Source of the DNA: Noviherbaspirillum sp. ST 5-3
GTDB lineage: Bacteria; Pseudomonadota; Gammaproteobacteria; Burkholderiales; Burkholderiaceae_D
Reading direction: 5' to 3'
Assembly: GCF_046267815.1 (NCBI RefSeq)
Contig: NZ_CP176528.1
Coordinates: forward strand, 8,698 to 48,697
DNA length: 40,000 bases
Positions 1 through 9,862 of the stretch are shown piece by piece; the stretch's first letter is position 1; each line of letters opens with the position of its first letter. The position numbers were made by a program, and so were the translations under genes. The notes beneath the pieces were generated by a model. The model did no database searches, was not told where the DNA came from, and was given only the letters and a program-made list of their open reading frames with translations.

Positions 1-20
1 GCGACCTGGGCAACATCGGG

Positions 21-1256
21 TTGGCGATGGAGGTAGTGCGCGAAGGCGCAAGCGGGGAGAAGACAAAGAGCGCCATCGCCGCCGCGCCGCGCGATATCGC
101 CGACGATGAGATGCTGCTGTTGACCGTTCAGCAGGTACGCGATGGCGACAAGGTGTTCTATGAATATTTGCTTCATTCGGAAAAATTAGGCCTGGTCGTC
201 AATCGTTTGCGGTCGAATCCGCTGCTTGATCGAGGTGGTGGATTGGCTGCCACCGAATTGGCGTTCGTCGGTCGTATTTATGACATCGTGACGAGGGATC
301 TACCCAGCACTGGGGCGCCACTGCGGGAAGCGCTCGGCGAACTGCAGCGAGAAGTCAGGGCGCTCGGCGCCAGCTTGTGCCGGGAATTGTTCGAACCGGA
401 TGTCGCCAAGGTGTTGTGGCGCCTCCGTAAACGCATCACGCTCATTCAAGTTGTGTCGTGGGAGCCCTATATTCCCTGGGAGCTGGTGCGGCTGCGCGAT
501 CCCGAATCGGATGAAATCGATGATTGCTTCTTGTGCGAGTACGGGCTGGTGCGCACGTTCGCCGGCGAAGCGCCGCCGAGGGCGCTGTCGATGGAACGCT
601 GGTCTTATCTCGGATCGATTTTTCCTACTGGATTATTGAGGAACGTGGGATCGGAACTGGCCTATTTCACCGAGATGTCGCCGGAATCCTTGCGCGGCCA
701 TGGCATTACCCCGCGCGCCATTCCGGCAACGCGCGACGGATTTTATGACGCACTGGCCGAAGGCGATTTCGATGTCCTGCATATCTCATGTCATGCCGTA
801 TCGCCGCATGAATCGATCGAGCGATCGTGTCTGATCATCGGCGAAGAACAGCTGCCTGGCGAGACCAAAGCTCGTTTGATCGATATCGATACGATGACGG
901 TGGAAACCGAGGCGCGACTCAAGAAACGCCGCCCGCTGGTGTTTTTGAATGCTTGCGAAACGGGGCACATTGGTGCGGTGCTCACGGCCTGGGGCGGCTG
1001 GCCGAATGTATTTTTGCGCAAGGGCGCGGGGGCGTTCGTCGGTTCATCCTGGGCCGTGCGCGACAAACCGGCGGCGGCATTCTCGACCGCTTTCTATAAC
1101 GCGCTATTGGATGGAAAAACGCTTACCGAAGCGGCGAGCGCGGCGCGGGCGGCGGCAAAAAAATTCGGTGATGCTTCGTGGCTGGCCTTCAAGGTGTATG
1201 GGCATCCGCATGCATGCCGCGTACCGGTGCCCGCACGGCGTGATGCGGGAGGATGA
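21..1256 (+). CDS. CHAT-domain (caspase-like) protease family protein; true 5' end may lie upstream of the window
   Basis: The frame is open back to the window edge, with no stop upstream of 21. The C-terminal half has the CHAT His/Cys dyad contexts DVLHISCHA and LVFLNACETG. The stop overlaps the next start (ATGA at 1253-1256). Confidence 0.8.
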   Translation: MAMEVVREGASGEKTKSAIAAAPRDIADDEMLLLTVQQVRDGDKVFYEYLLHSEKLGLVVNRLRSNPLLDRGGGLAATELAFVGRIYDIVTRDLPSTGAPLREALGELQREVRALGASLCRELFEPDVAKVLWRLRKRITLIQVVSWEPYIPWELVRLRDPESDEIDDCFLCEYGLVRTFAGEAPPRALSMERWSYLGSIFPTGLLRNVGSELAYFTEMSPESLRGHGITPRAIPATRDGFYDALAEGDFDVLHISCHAVSPHESIERSCLIIGEEQLPGETKARLIDIDTMTVETEARLKKRRPLVFLNACETGHIGAVLTAWGGWPNVFLRKGAGAFVGSSWAVRDKPAAAFSTAFYNALLDGKTLTEAASAARAAAKKFGDASWLAFKVYGHPHACRVPVPARRDAGG

Positions 1257-2275
1257 CGATGATTCAGACAGGCGTCTACAATCGGATTTTCGACTATCCG
1301 CCGGAAAACGCGGCAAGCCTGGTTTTCGTCGATCCCGATCAAATCGAGCATGGCGCGAGGTCCAGCGAGGTCGCGGCTTGGGAACTATTGTTGGGCGCCA
1401 TGCAGCTGCGGCGCGTTGGCCAGCAGTCATCCGCTACCGATTGGTTGAATCATGCATCGCATCTGTCTATCGACAATGATGTGTTCAAAGCCGAACTGCT
1501 CGGCGAGGCTGGCCATGAGCTGTACACGAGCGACCGCCTGCAGGATGCTCTGAAAATTCTTAACAGTGCAGCCGCCATTTGGCGTGACGCTTGCGCCCAG
1601 GCGGCCGAGGCCTGCGCTGGCGGCAAGAAACAGGCAGCAGCCGAGTTCGCCTCGCATCTTCTGCCCTTATTTGCAGCGGCCAAGCTCGAACCGCCGGCGA
1701 GTGAAGCGGCGATTCGCAAGGGAGCGCAGGCGACGCCTGTAATTCGGCAGTGGCTTGTCGAACGCGCAGTAATCGGGCGAGCGCAAACCGCGAATGACAT
1801 GCTTTGTTTGCTGGCAAAGGCCGGCCGAATCGAGGATGCGCGCCGGATATTGCGTGAAGAAATGGACTGGATCGCACTTGATTTCACTTCGCCGCCGAAG
1901 ACTTCGGCGAAAGGCGGGTTGAACGAGCGGAACATGTCACCCGCGACGCGCAGAGCCTTGTATCTTCTGTTGCTGGCGCAGGGCGAAATAGAAATTGCGG
2001 CGGATGCCTTCCAAAAGTCGGCCGACAGTTTCGCGGAGGCCGCGGCGATCTATGAAAACAAGGTCGAAGACGATAGCGATATCGAAAGATTGTTACGTGC
2101 AAAGTTCAATCAGGCCAATTCGCTATTGCGCCTTAAACGGTATCAGGAAGCGCTCGACATCTATGCGCTGTGCGAACAGGGTTTCAACTCCATCGGCCGA
2201 GATGACGCGGCACAGCGCGTAAAGCACGCCAGGCTGTTCGTGCAAACGAAGGCGCTGGACGACGATGCGTCTTGA
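1253..2275 (+). CDS. Helical-repeat (TPR-like) protein of unknown function, middle gene of the CHAT operon
   Basis: 340-aa ORF with its start overlapping the upstream stop and its end overlapping the next start by 11 nt. Ala/Leu-rich composition with amphipathic helix-pair stretches (for example ...KRYQEALDIYALCEQ...). No catalytic motif recognised. Confidence 0.6.
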   Translation: MTMIQTGVYNRIFDYPPENAASLVFVDPDQIEHGARSSEVAAWELLLGAMQLRRVGQQSSATDWLNHASHLSIDNDVFKAELLGEAGHELYTSDRLQDALKILNSAAAIWRDACAQAAEACAGGKKQAAAEFASHLLPLFAAAKLEPPASEAAIRKGAQATPVIRQWLVERAVIGRAQTANDMLCLLAKAGRIEDARRILREEMDWIALDFTSPPKTSAKGGLNERNMSPATRRALYLLLLAQGEIEIAADAFQKSADSFAEAAAIYENKVEDDSDIERLLRAKFNQANSLLRLKRYQEALDIYALCEQGFNSIGRDDAAQRVKHARLFVQTKALDDDAS

Positions 2276-4181
2276 AGACGAGGTTCGGCAACTCGTGATC
2301 GATGGCGAGCGCGCTGCGCGTGAAGCGCGGAATCCGACATCGCAACGCGCCGCGCTGCAACCGCAATACGCGCTCTACCTCAAAGTCCTGGTTCATGGCA
2401 GCCAGCCGAAGTTGATGCGCGCCGAAAATTATCTGCGCGTCGTGGCCGCGATGCGGGATGACATTGTTTATGCCGACCTTGAGCTTTCCCCCGAGCTGGC
2501 GCATCCATCGTTCGAGCACATTGCTTCCAGTCCTTTGCGCGTGCTGGCCGCCTACCTGGAACGTGTTCCGGATACTGTCGTGCTCGTGATCGAACGCGGC
2601 GCCGGCGTCCTGACGATGTTCGCGCTTCGCGGCGGCTCCAAGCCGCTGGAAGAACGCATCGCGCTGGAGCGCGCGAGCAAGGACTGCGTCAATGCCATGA
2701 TCGCATTGATGCAACAGCAGAACGATGACATCAGGCGAATCGCAGCGCGCGAACCGGTGACGAATGCGTTCTTTGCCCCCATAGAAACGGCTGCCGCAGC
2801 TTTATGGAACACCTTTCCGGACACGATTCGTGCGGCCATCTGCAGCGCTCGTAGTCTGCTATATCTGCCGAGTGCGTTCGGCGATTTGAGCGCATTTCCG
2901 CTGGAGCTGTTGCGTGCGAACGATCGCTGGATCGCTACGACGCATTCCATTGCGAGATTGGGCTCGTTTCGCACCTTGTTTGAACTTTTGTCGCCGGGGC
3001 GCATGCCATCGCGCCTGGAGAGGCGCGCACTCGTCGTTCGTGCCCAGGACAGCAAGGATTTGCTCACGGCCGATGTCGAGGCGGATGACGTTTGCCGTCA
3101 ATTGTCGGAGTTAGGTCTCGATACGACGATCGATCGCGCGCCGCATGTCGATACGGTGCGCGCCGCGCTGGATCGAGGATTGCGAACCTTGCATTACTGC
3201 GGGCATGGTTTCGCCGGCCCTCTCGGCGAATTCTTGTTCCTGTCGGCGACCGATTTATTGCAACCATACGATTTTTCGCAACTTTCCGGGGCGGGCACGC
3301 CTTTTGTTTATCTCAGTACTTGCGAAGTCGGCCGCGCGCGCATGACGGCCGTCGGGAATGCGCAAGGCATCGCGAATCGATTGATCGAGAAGGGAGCACC
3401 GGCTGTCATCGGCTGTTTGCAGTCGGTGCCCGATCTTGTCGCTCGTACCATGGCTTCTTTTTTTTACGCGGCCGCTACAACCCTGCCGGTAGGGCATGCG
3501 TTAGCCGTCGCGCGTACGAATCTGCTGAAATTCCCGCCGGCGTGCTGGGGCGTATTCGCGCTTTTCGGCGATCCGAATCTGCTGCTATATGAGGGCGGTG
3601 AGCTTGCAAGCGAAACACGAAAGATGACCCTGCGCTGGGACTCACTGATCGGTCGCTATCTCGCGCTCCGCACACCTGAATCTCGGCAACGAGCGATCGC
3701 GGCAGTCGCGAACGACCGAAAGCTGCATGGCGATGGCATGTACGAGCAGATCGAGCGTTGGATCGAATCGAGCTTTGCCACGGAAGAACCGGCTATGATG
3801 GATGCACGACTGGCAGTTTGCCAGAATGTCGCCGAGCGTGATGCGGTCGCAGCTTGCGAGCTGCGTATGCTATTGGCCATGGAAGCGCTGAACGGTGGTT
3901 ACTATGGCGCGCGTCGCCCCGATCTCGTCGCTAATCCGGAAGAGCTCGCCATTGGCCTGTACTGCGCCAAGGCCGTGCATGACACGCTTGCCTGGGCATC
4001 ATTCGCAATCGAAAGCGCCCGAGGCAGCGGCGTGGCTTTCGCACCTGCGGACCAACTGCGGATGCTTGAGGAAGCGGAGGGAATACTCAACGGCTGGTGC
4101 TTGGAAGAAGCCGCTGCAACGGCTATGTTGCTCGAAGTTCGGAATCTGAAGAAACGGCTATTGGCAATGAAGCGACATTGA
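2265..4181 (+). CDS. CHAT-domain (caspase-like) protease family protein with a helical C-terminal extension
   Basis: 638-aa ORF with CHAT His/Cys contexts TLHYCGHG and FVYLSTCEVG. The region N-terminal to the dyad is typical for CHAT proteins. The C-terminal ~190 aa look helical. Confidence 0.8.
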   Translation: MRLEDEVRQLVIDGERAAREARNPTSQRAALQPQYALYLKVLVHGSQPKLMRAENYLRVVAAMRDDIVYADLELSPELAHPSFEHIASSPLRVLAAYLERVPDTVVLVIERGAGVLTMFALRGGSKPLEERIALERASKDCVNAMIALMQQQNDDIRRIAAREPVTNAFFAPIETAAAALWNTFPDTIRAAICSARSLLYLPSAFGDLSAFPLELLRANDRWIATTHSIARLGSFRTLFELLSPGRMPSRLERRALVVRAQDSKDLLTADVEADDVCRQLSELGLDTTIDRAPHVDTVRAALDRGLRTLHYCGHGFAGPLGEFLFLSATDLLQPYDFSQLSGAGTPFVYLSTCEVGRARMTAVGNAQGIANRLIEKGAPAVIGCLQSVPDLVARTMASFFYAAATTLPVGHALAVARTNLLKFPPACWGVFALFGDPNLLLYEGGELASETRKMTLRWDSLIGRYLALRTPESRQRAIAAVANDRKLHGDGMYEQIERWIESSFATEEPAMMDARLAVCQNVAERDAVAACELRMLLAMEALNGGYYGARRPDLVANPEELAIGLYCAKAVHDTLAWASFAIESARGSGVAFAPADQLRMLEEAEGILNGWCLEEAAATAMLLEVRNLKKRLLAMKRH

Positions 4182-4366
4182 TCCATGGCATGGTTGTGCG
4201 AAATGGCGCGCCATGCCGACATCGCATATTTCCGGCGCAGCAAACGCGGCCCGAAAAAGCCGCCGCCGACGAAGACCGACTTCAGCGAGCACACTCGCGT
4301 CACCAACAAGCGCGTGATCGATCAGGTTATGCGCTCGCCAATCAACGCACATAGACAGGACTGGTG

Positions 4367-4735
4367 TTATAGATCCCAATTCCGTGATAGTTGAGGGTTC
4401 CAGTAATTGACGTTTTCAATCGCCGCAAGCAACGATGTCGCTTTCCCCCAAACTTTTAGTCGCGACAAATCGTCGCCATCCGCCGCACGGATCGTGTCGA
4501 ACTCGTGCCAAACATGATCCATTTCTGAAGAAGGTCCGCATTCGCATTCCTGCCAGAGGCGTTCGTATAGTGTAGGAACGCTGATTTGTTCAGCAATGAA
4601 AAACTCTCCACTTTCAAGATGCATTCGGATGCGAGCAATTTCATCATCAGTTAAGGCACCTTCTAATAGCAATTCGCCGCCAGCCTTGAAATTCCCACCA
4701 TCGCGATAGAGATATTCAAAAACAGAATGTTTCAT
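4367..4735 (-). CDS. Hypothetical protein (122 aa), no family recognised
   Basis: Clean ORF in a visibly AT-richer stretch, co-directional with and 129 bp downstream of the HNH gene. Starts MKHSVFEYLYRDGGNFK. Confidence 0.5.
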   Translation of the reverse strand: MKHSVFEYLYRDGGNFKAGGELLLEGALTDDEIARIRMHLESGEFFIAEQISVPTLYERLWQECECGPSSEMDHVWHEFDTIRAADGDDLSRLKVWGKATSLLAAIENVNYWNPQLSRNWDL

Positions 4736-4864
4736 TGTTTGTTCTACAGGTTATTTACGAATTCTTTGTTAAGGTGGTGAGTGATACAGAAAATCACGAT
4801 GGAGTCGATGGCGCGGCCTCTTCAGGGTGTGGATTACTTCTGTTAGCAGCATCAATAGAGTTCA

Positions 4865-5689
4865 TCAATCTAAAAATACATGCCTCCTGTGCCAGTCGAT
4901 GAACTCTCTCAAGGGCTGAAATTTTTCTGGCAATTCGATTGGCCGACCTTCCAAACCAAGAAGCCAATCATCGGCAAAATGACTTCTCTCCAGTGCATTC
5001 AATTCATGAGAAGTTTTTATTTTAAAGTCGTCTGTTAGCGTAATCAGTCCTTGGTCGAATGCCTTATCGTGCAGTGCTGATAAGCACAATCCGTTACGCG
5101 GATTTAATCGATTATGATTATCTGCGCTCCAAGGAATTATGTGGCTTGCTACAAGCAATCGAGAATCGCTAAGGCCAGTAATGCAGCATCGTCCCTGATA
5201 AGCGCTCAATACGGATTGTCTAAAGAAGCTTTGACCAACACGAACTTGAACCAATGCCGATTTGTTTTCAGCGCTGTAGTTGATGGTGTCAGTCGTCTCT
5301 GGGCTGTATTCCGCCACTGACTGTTCGGCCGTCAATTGAGGCGTTCCAGTTAGGCCGTCAACGATCGCTTGGCTTTCTAGGGCGAAGCGTGCCCAGTCTT
5401 GTTGCATTTCGTCCCACATTGCTTTATCGGCTTTAGATGAGCCTGATAATCCGCTGCGGCCAGTCGAAGTAATTACGGGGTCAAGGCTTGCGATATTTGT
5501 CAGTTTCATCGCAAGTGCGGAGGGAGTTCGTCCTATCAATTCCGCAAAACGCATGATTTCCGGATTCCTTGCATGCAGCTTCCCAAAAGGCATGCGGCAA
5601 TATAAATTGAACGCGACGAGAAGCTGTTCACGAGACCAGTTATTAGATTTTTCGGCCATTTGGTGTCCAATAGAAAACTCGATGTTCAA
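4865..5689 (-). CDS. HNH endonuclease (HNH_2 / COG3440-type putative restriction endonuclease)
   Basis: The C-terminal motif block VRVGQSFFRQSVLSAYQGRCCITG...LLVASHIIPW...NRLNPRNGLCLSALHDKAFDQGLI is characteristic of this HNH family. An alternative start exists at Met11 (about 5659). Confidence 0.8.
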   Translation of the reverse strand: MNIEFSIGHQMAEKSNNWSREQLLVAFNLYCRMPFGKLHARNPEIMRFAELIGRTPSALAMKLTNIASLDPVITSTGRSGLSGSSKADKAMWDEMQQDWARFALESQAIVDGLTGTPQLTAEQSVAEYSPETTDTINYSAENKSALVQVRVGQSFFRQSVLSAYQGRCCITGLSDSRLLVASHIIPWSADNHNRLNPRNGLCLSALHDKAFDQGLITLTDDFKIKTSHELNALERSHFADDWLLGLEGRPIELPEKFQPLREFIDWHRRHVFLD

Positions 5690-5765
5690 GTATAAGCATA
5701 TCCATATCCATTCAGGGCCGACATTCTTGGTACAAATCTAAAGTCTTAATTTCCGATTCAATCAC

Positions 5766-6803
5766 ATGCACATCATCTACACCCCCGACCATCACCTGCA
5801 CCACGGCCAATTCGAGTTCTACCGCGGCGAACTCGTCCCCTGCTTTGAAAAGCCCGAACGGGCGGATTACGTCTTCAAAGCGGTTACCGAGCAAAACATC
5901 GGGCAGGTCTCCGCGCCCGACAGCTTTCCCCTCGCGCCCATCGAACGCGTGCACGCACCGCGTTACTTGCGCTTTCTCGAGCGTGCCTGGGATAGTTGGA
6001 CCGCACTCGGCAATACGCGCGATGCGATTCCCGCCGTGTGGCCGATTCGCGGCTTTCGGCATGATGTCGAGCCGGATAATTTCATCGCGCAACTGGGGCT
6101 GTATTCCTACGATAGCGGAACGCCGCTCACTGCCGGCACCTGGCGTGCGGCGCGTCTGGGGGCGGAGGTCGCGTTGACGGCACAGCGGCGCATTGCGCAA
6201 GGTGCGCGTTCTGCATTCGCCTTGTCGCGCCCGCCCGGTCATCATGCGGGTCCTGATTTCCTCGGCGGCTATTGCTTCATCAATAATGCGGCGGTGGCGG
6301 CGCAGGCGTTTCTCGATGGCGGCGCGGCGCGCGTGGTGATTCTGGATGTGGATTATCACCACGGCAATGGCACGCAGGCGATCTTCTACGATCGAGCCGA
6401 TGTGCTGTTCCAGTCGATTCACGGCGATCCGAAGACGGAGTATCCGTTTTACCTCGGTCATGCGGACGAGACGGGTGCGGGCGAGGGGCTTGGATTCAAT
6501 CGGAATTACCCGCTGGCGGCGGGCAGCAGTAATGAACAGTGGTTCGCGGCGCTCGATGCGGCTTGCAGGCGCATCCGCGATTACGTGCCGGATGCGCTGG
6601 TGATCTCATTGGGAGTCGATACCTTTGTTGGCGATCCGATTTCGAAATTCCGCCTCGATGCGCCGGAGTACCTGCGCCTGGGCGCGCAGCTTGCCCGCCT
6701 GGGGCTGCCGACGCTGTTCGTGATGGAGGGCGGCTATGCGGTGGAGGAGATCGGCTTGAACGTCGCGCATGTGTTGCGTGGGTTCCGCGATGTGGCGGGT
6801 TGA
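5766..6803 (+). CDS. Histone deacetylase-family amidohydrolase (acetylpolyamine/acetoin-utilisation type)
   Basis: Motifs RPPGHHAGPDFLGGYCFINN and DVDYHHGNGTQ, followed by EGGY near the C-terminus. Confidence 0.9.
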   Translation: MHIIYTPDHHLHHGQFEFYRGELVPCFEKPERADYVFKAVTEQNIGQVSAPDSFPLAPIERVHAPRYLRFLERAWDSWTALGNTRDAIPAVWPIRGFRHDVEPDNFIAQLGLYSYDSGTPLTAGTWRAARLGAEVALTAQRRIAQGARSAFALSRPPGHHAGPDFLGGYCFINNAAVAAQAFLDGGAARVVILDVDYHHGNGTQAIFYDRADVLFQSIHGDPKTEYPFYLGHADETGAGEGLGFNRNYPLAAGSSNEQWFAALDAACRRIRDYVPDALVISLGVDTFVGDPISKFRLDAPEYLRLGAQLARLGLPTLFVMEGGYAVEEIGLNVAHVLRGFRDVAG

Positions 6804-6878
6804 GGAGGTCCTGTTCTCCACGCTGCCACCAATGGCTGCATACTTCATATCAGTTCATCAACAGAAATCGGTTTTCCT

Positions 6879-7445
6879 ATGTCCACACGTCTTCCCGTCG
6901 AACTCCCCAAGGCCTATCGTTTGCTCAATCACGGACCTACCGTGCTGGTCAGCAGTGCGCACGGAAGTGCGCGCAACGTGATGGCGGCGGCATGGTCGAT
7001 GCCACTCGATTTTTCGCCGCCGAAGATTGCGGTAGTGATTGATCGCGCGACGCGCACGCGCGAGCTGGTCGATGCTTCCGGTGAGTTCGCGTTGAATATT
7101 CCATCGAAGGAGATGGTCGAGGCAACACTGGCTGTGGGGTCGGTGTCGGGGCGGGACGTCGACAAGTTTCAGTCGTACGGGCTGGCGACCTTTGCCGCGG
7201 AAAAGATCGCGGCGCCCTTGCTGGAGGGCTGTCTTGGCTGGCTGGAGTGCCGTGTGATTCCCGAGCCGCCCATTCAGCTTCGCCATGATCTGTTCCTTGC
7301 CGAGGTGGTGGCGGCGTGGGCCGATGCACGTGCATTCAGGGACGGGCATTGGTCCTTCGAGGACGGTTGTCCGCGCAGCATTCACTATATCGCTGGCGGC
7401 AATTTCTTTGAAACCGGCACGGCGTTTTCGGCCAAACCATCCTAG
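6879..7445 (+). CDS. Flavin reductase-like (FMN-binding split-barrel) protein
   Basis: The N-terminal region LLNHGPTVLVSS...NVMAAAWSMPLDFSPPKIAVVI is typical of the flavin reductase-like domain. Confidence 0.85.
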   Translation: MSTRLPVELPKAYRLLNHGPTVLVSSAHGSARNVMAAAWSMPLDFSPPKIAVVIDRATRTRELVDASGEFALNIPSKEMVEATLAVGSVSGRDVDKFQSYGLATFAAEKIAAPLLEGCLGWLECRVIPEPPIQLRHDLFLAEVVAAWADARAFRDGHWSFEDGCPRSIHYIAGGNFFETGTAFSAKPS

Positions 7446-8572
7446 ACTGTCATGAGCTTCCAATCCAGTGCGCGTTCCAGCAGCCACACCGTGCCGATCA
7501 CGGAGATTGCCACAGATCCGCCGGGTAGCAGCACGCGCCGGTAGAACAGGGTCGTTCTCAGAAGATGGGCGAGTGGCAGGAAAAGCAGGACGATGCCGAG
7601 CTGGCCGAGTTCGACGCCGACGTTGAAGGAAACCAATGCCAGCAGGAGCGATGATCGCGGCAAGCCGAGGTCCGTCAGCACGCTGGCAAACCCGAATCCG
7701 TGGACCAGGCCGAAAATCAGTGCGGCCAGCCAGCGGCGGCCACGGAACAAGGGAATCACGTTATTGACGGCGGCCAGCGCCACGGATGCAGCGATTGCTG
7801 ATTCGACCAGGCGCGATGGCAGGCTGACGATCTGCAGCGCGGCCAGTGTCAAGGTCATCGAATGGGCCACGGTGAATGCGGTGACGATTTTCAATACGTC
7901 GACGAGCGAAGACTTGAAGTCGGGAGAGGGTTGCCATTGCCTGTTCTGGCACAGCAGCACGGCGGGTAGCAGGAGCGATAGCAGGAAGAGAATGTGGTCG
8001 AAGCCGATCCAGATGTGCCATACGCCGTTCTTCGTGTAGTCCACAACGGTGTTCAAGCGGTTTCCCGCGTTCAGCGAAAAGGATTGCGATGGCCGCTCTG
8101 CGCTGAAGATGCCAGTCAGCAGCCGACCCGCATGGTCGATCTTCAGCAAGCCCTTGTGCTGCGGATCGATGTCAAACAGCAGCGTGTAACGGATGTCCAG
8201 CGTGTCGATTGCGCCGTCGCAGTTGCCGACAAAGCGCAATACCGCGTACGCGCCGTCGCTGTAATTGTCGGCCAGGAGCGTGGTCGGACCGAGCTGGCAA
8301 GTTGCGCCGCGCTGTGAGAGCACAAGTCGGGACAGCGCAGTGCGTTCGATGTCATTTTGTTTTGCCAGAACTTCGTTCCACGTGATGGCACTGTCGCCAT
8401 CCTGGTCGAGTCCGATTGCGAAGTCGAGATCGCGCAGCGCGATTGCCCATTGGCCTTCGACATGCCGATCCGCCACGTTCAGGGACAGGTAGCTGTCGCT
8501 CGGCTTGTGGGCATGGGAAAGCAAGGGCAGACAGGTCAATGCCGCGAGTAGAAGAATACGCCTGATGTTCAT
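7442..8572 (-). CDS. HupE/UreJ-family membrane protein with an N-terminal periplasmic domain
   Basis: Signal peptide MNIRRILLLAALTCLPLLSHA. The C-terminal multi-TM block WHIWIGFDHILFLLSLLLP...VHGFGFA is HupE/UreJ-like. The ATG at 8572 overlaps the upstream TGA (ATGA at 8569-8572). The track ORF extends to 8641, but that extension lacks support. Confidence 0.8.
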   Translation of the reverse strand: MNIRRILLLAALTCLPLLSHAHKPSDSYLSLNVADRHVEGQWAIALRDLDFAIGLDQDGDSAITWNEVLAKQNDIERTALSRLVLSQRGATCQLGPTTLLADNYSDGAYAVLRFVGNCDGAIDTLDIRYTLLFDIDPQHKGLLKIDHAGRLLTGIFSAERPSQSFSLNAGNRLNTVVDYTKNGVWHIWIGFDHILFLLSLLLPAVLLCQNRQWQPSPDFKSSLVDVLKIVTAFTVAHSMTLTLAALQIVSLPSRLVESAIAASVALAAVNNVIPLFRGRRWLAALIFGLVHGFGFASVLTDLGLPRSSLLLALVSFNVGVELGQLGIVLLFLPLAHLLRTTLFYRRVLLPGGSVAISVIGTVWLLERALDWKLMTV

Positions 8573-9777
8573 GGTTGAACTCCCGCCTGCTGCAACATCG
8601 ATGTCAATTTGCGGTCTTGCAAACCGGTCTTCGCGAGCCATGCGTGCGCCTCGTGCACGGTCTGGCGGTCGTGTGCGGCAATTGCCGCCGCGAGCAGGAT
8701 GCGCACATCGGCCGGCTCTTTCTGCGCCTCCCAGTTACGCCGCGCGGTGTGCAACGCGGACTTCGGATCATTCAGCAGATGCAGTTCGAAGCGGGCCTGC
8801 TCGCGTTGATGCACGGTGTCGCCGCGCAGTCTGGCGGCCTTAAAGCGTTCGCTCAGCAGCGCAATGTGTGCAGCAGCATCCGGCGAATCGATCTGCTTCA
8901 ATGCTTCGGCGTAGCGCAGAAGAAGCGCGTCGACGCGCAGATGATTTTTCAGTAATGGCAGAACTTCACGCGGGCGCTGCTGGTCGAGCAGGAAGTCGGC
9001 ATAGGCGCCAAGCAGGTAGGCATCGGCGTCGCCATTGCGGTTCATTTCGCGAAAGGCCTGCTCGGCTGCGGCGAGATTGCCGCGTCGTTCGGCGATTTCC
9101 GCGAGCAAGGTGCGTGCCCAGTTCCGGATGCTGGCGGCCGCGCCGGGATTGCGGTCCAGCGTGGATTGCAGCAGCGCGTATCCCTTGTCGGCTTGTCCAG
9201 TCAGGCTCGCAAGGTTGGCGATGCAGGTCACGGTAATCAGCTCCGGTGCCAGTGCATACAGCCTGGCGCAACTGGCCTTCGCCAAATCAAATTTCCCTTG
9301 CACCTGCAAGATCGTGGCCTGGGTCAGCCATGCCTGCGCGTTGCTGTGATCAGCCTGCAGTACTGCGTGCAAATCGACGAGCGCGGCGTCGAAGTGATGC
9401 GTGCTTTGCAGCAGCGTCGCGCGCAGCAATTGCACCTCGACAGGCGGCTGCGGCTGGTTCCACCAGGGCGTCAGCACGGCTTGCGCATAACCGAGATAAC
9501 GCGGGTCGCCTTCTTTGCGGCCTGCCTCGATATAACGGTGCGCGAGCTGCGCTGCGAGCGGCAGATTGCGGGGATCGGCGGCAACGGCCTTGCGCAAGGC
9601 GCGCAGTTCGCGTTGCAAGGGATCGTTCCGCTGCGGCAGGCGTTCCAGCACTTGATTACCGTCGCGAGGAATGAAAGGGGCGGCCTGCGCTGCTGCGGCG
9701 GCAATCAGGGTGAGAAGCAGGGTGAGAAGCAGGGCGCAAAACAGCAACCCTGACTGTCGGATGAAGTGGCAAACCAT
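8569..9777 (-). CDS. Secreted TPR-repeat protein
   Basis: Start chosen at MVCHFIRQSGLLFCALLLTLLLTLIAAAAAQA (signal-like). The rest is repeated helical TPR-like units. Confidence 0.75.
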   Translation of the reverse strand: MVCHFIRQSGLLFCALLLTLLLTLIAAAAAQAAPFIPRDGNQVLERLPQRNDPLQRELRALRKAVAADPRNLPLAAQLAHRYIEAGRKEGDPRYLGYAQAVLTPWWNQPQPPVEVQLLRATLLQSTHHFDAALVDLHAVLQADHSNAQAWLTQATILQVQGKFDLAKASCARLYALAPELITVTCIANLASLTGQADKGYALLQSTLDRNPGAAASIRNWARTLLAEIAERRGNLAAAEQAFREMNRNGDADAYLLGAYADFLLDQQRPREVLPLLKNHLRVDALLLRYAEALKQIDSPDAAAHIALLSERFKAARLRGDTVHQREQARFELHLLNDPKSALHTARRNWEAQKEPADVRILLAAAIAAHDRQTVHEAHAWLAKTGLQDRKLTSMLQQAGVQP

Positions 9778-9862
9778 GTGCGGCACCTGCAAACAAGGAT
9801 GGAAGAAATCGGCGGCGCATCTCCGACGCATGTGGTGCAAGAGATGCGCCGCGTTGCCGTTG

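Noticed and set aside
4185-4394. 69-aa plus-strand ORF after the CHAT operon (..RSKRGPKKPPPTKTDF..)
   Set aside because: It has a low-complexity basic sequence and no RBS. It overlaps the 3' end of the convergent 4367-4735 gene. There is no support that it is coding.
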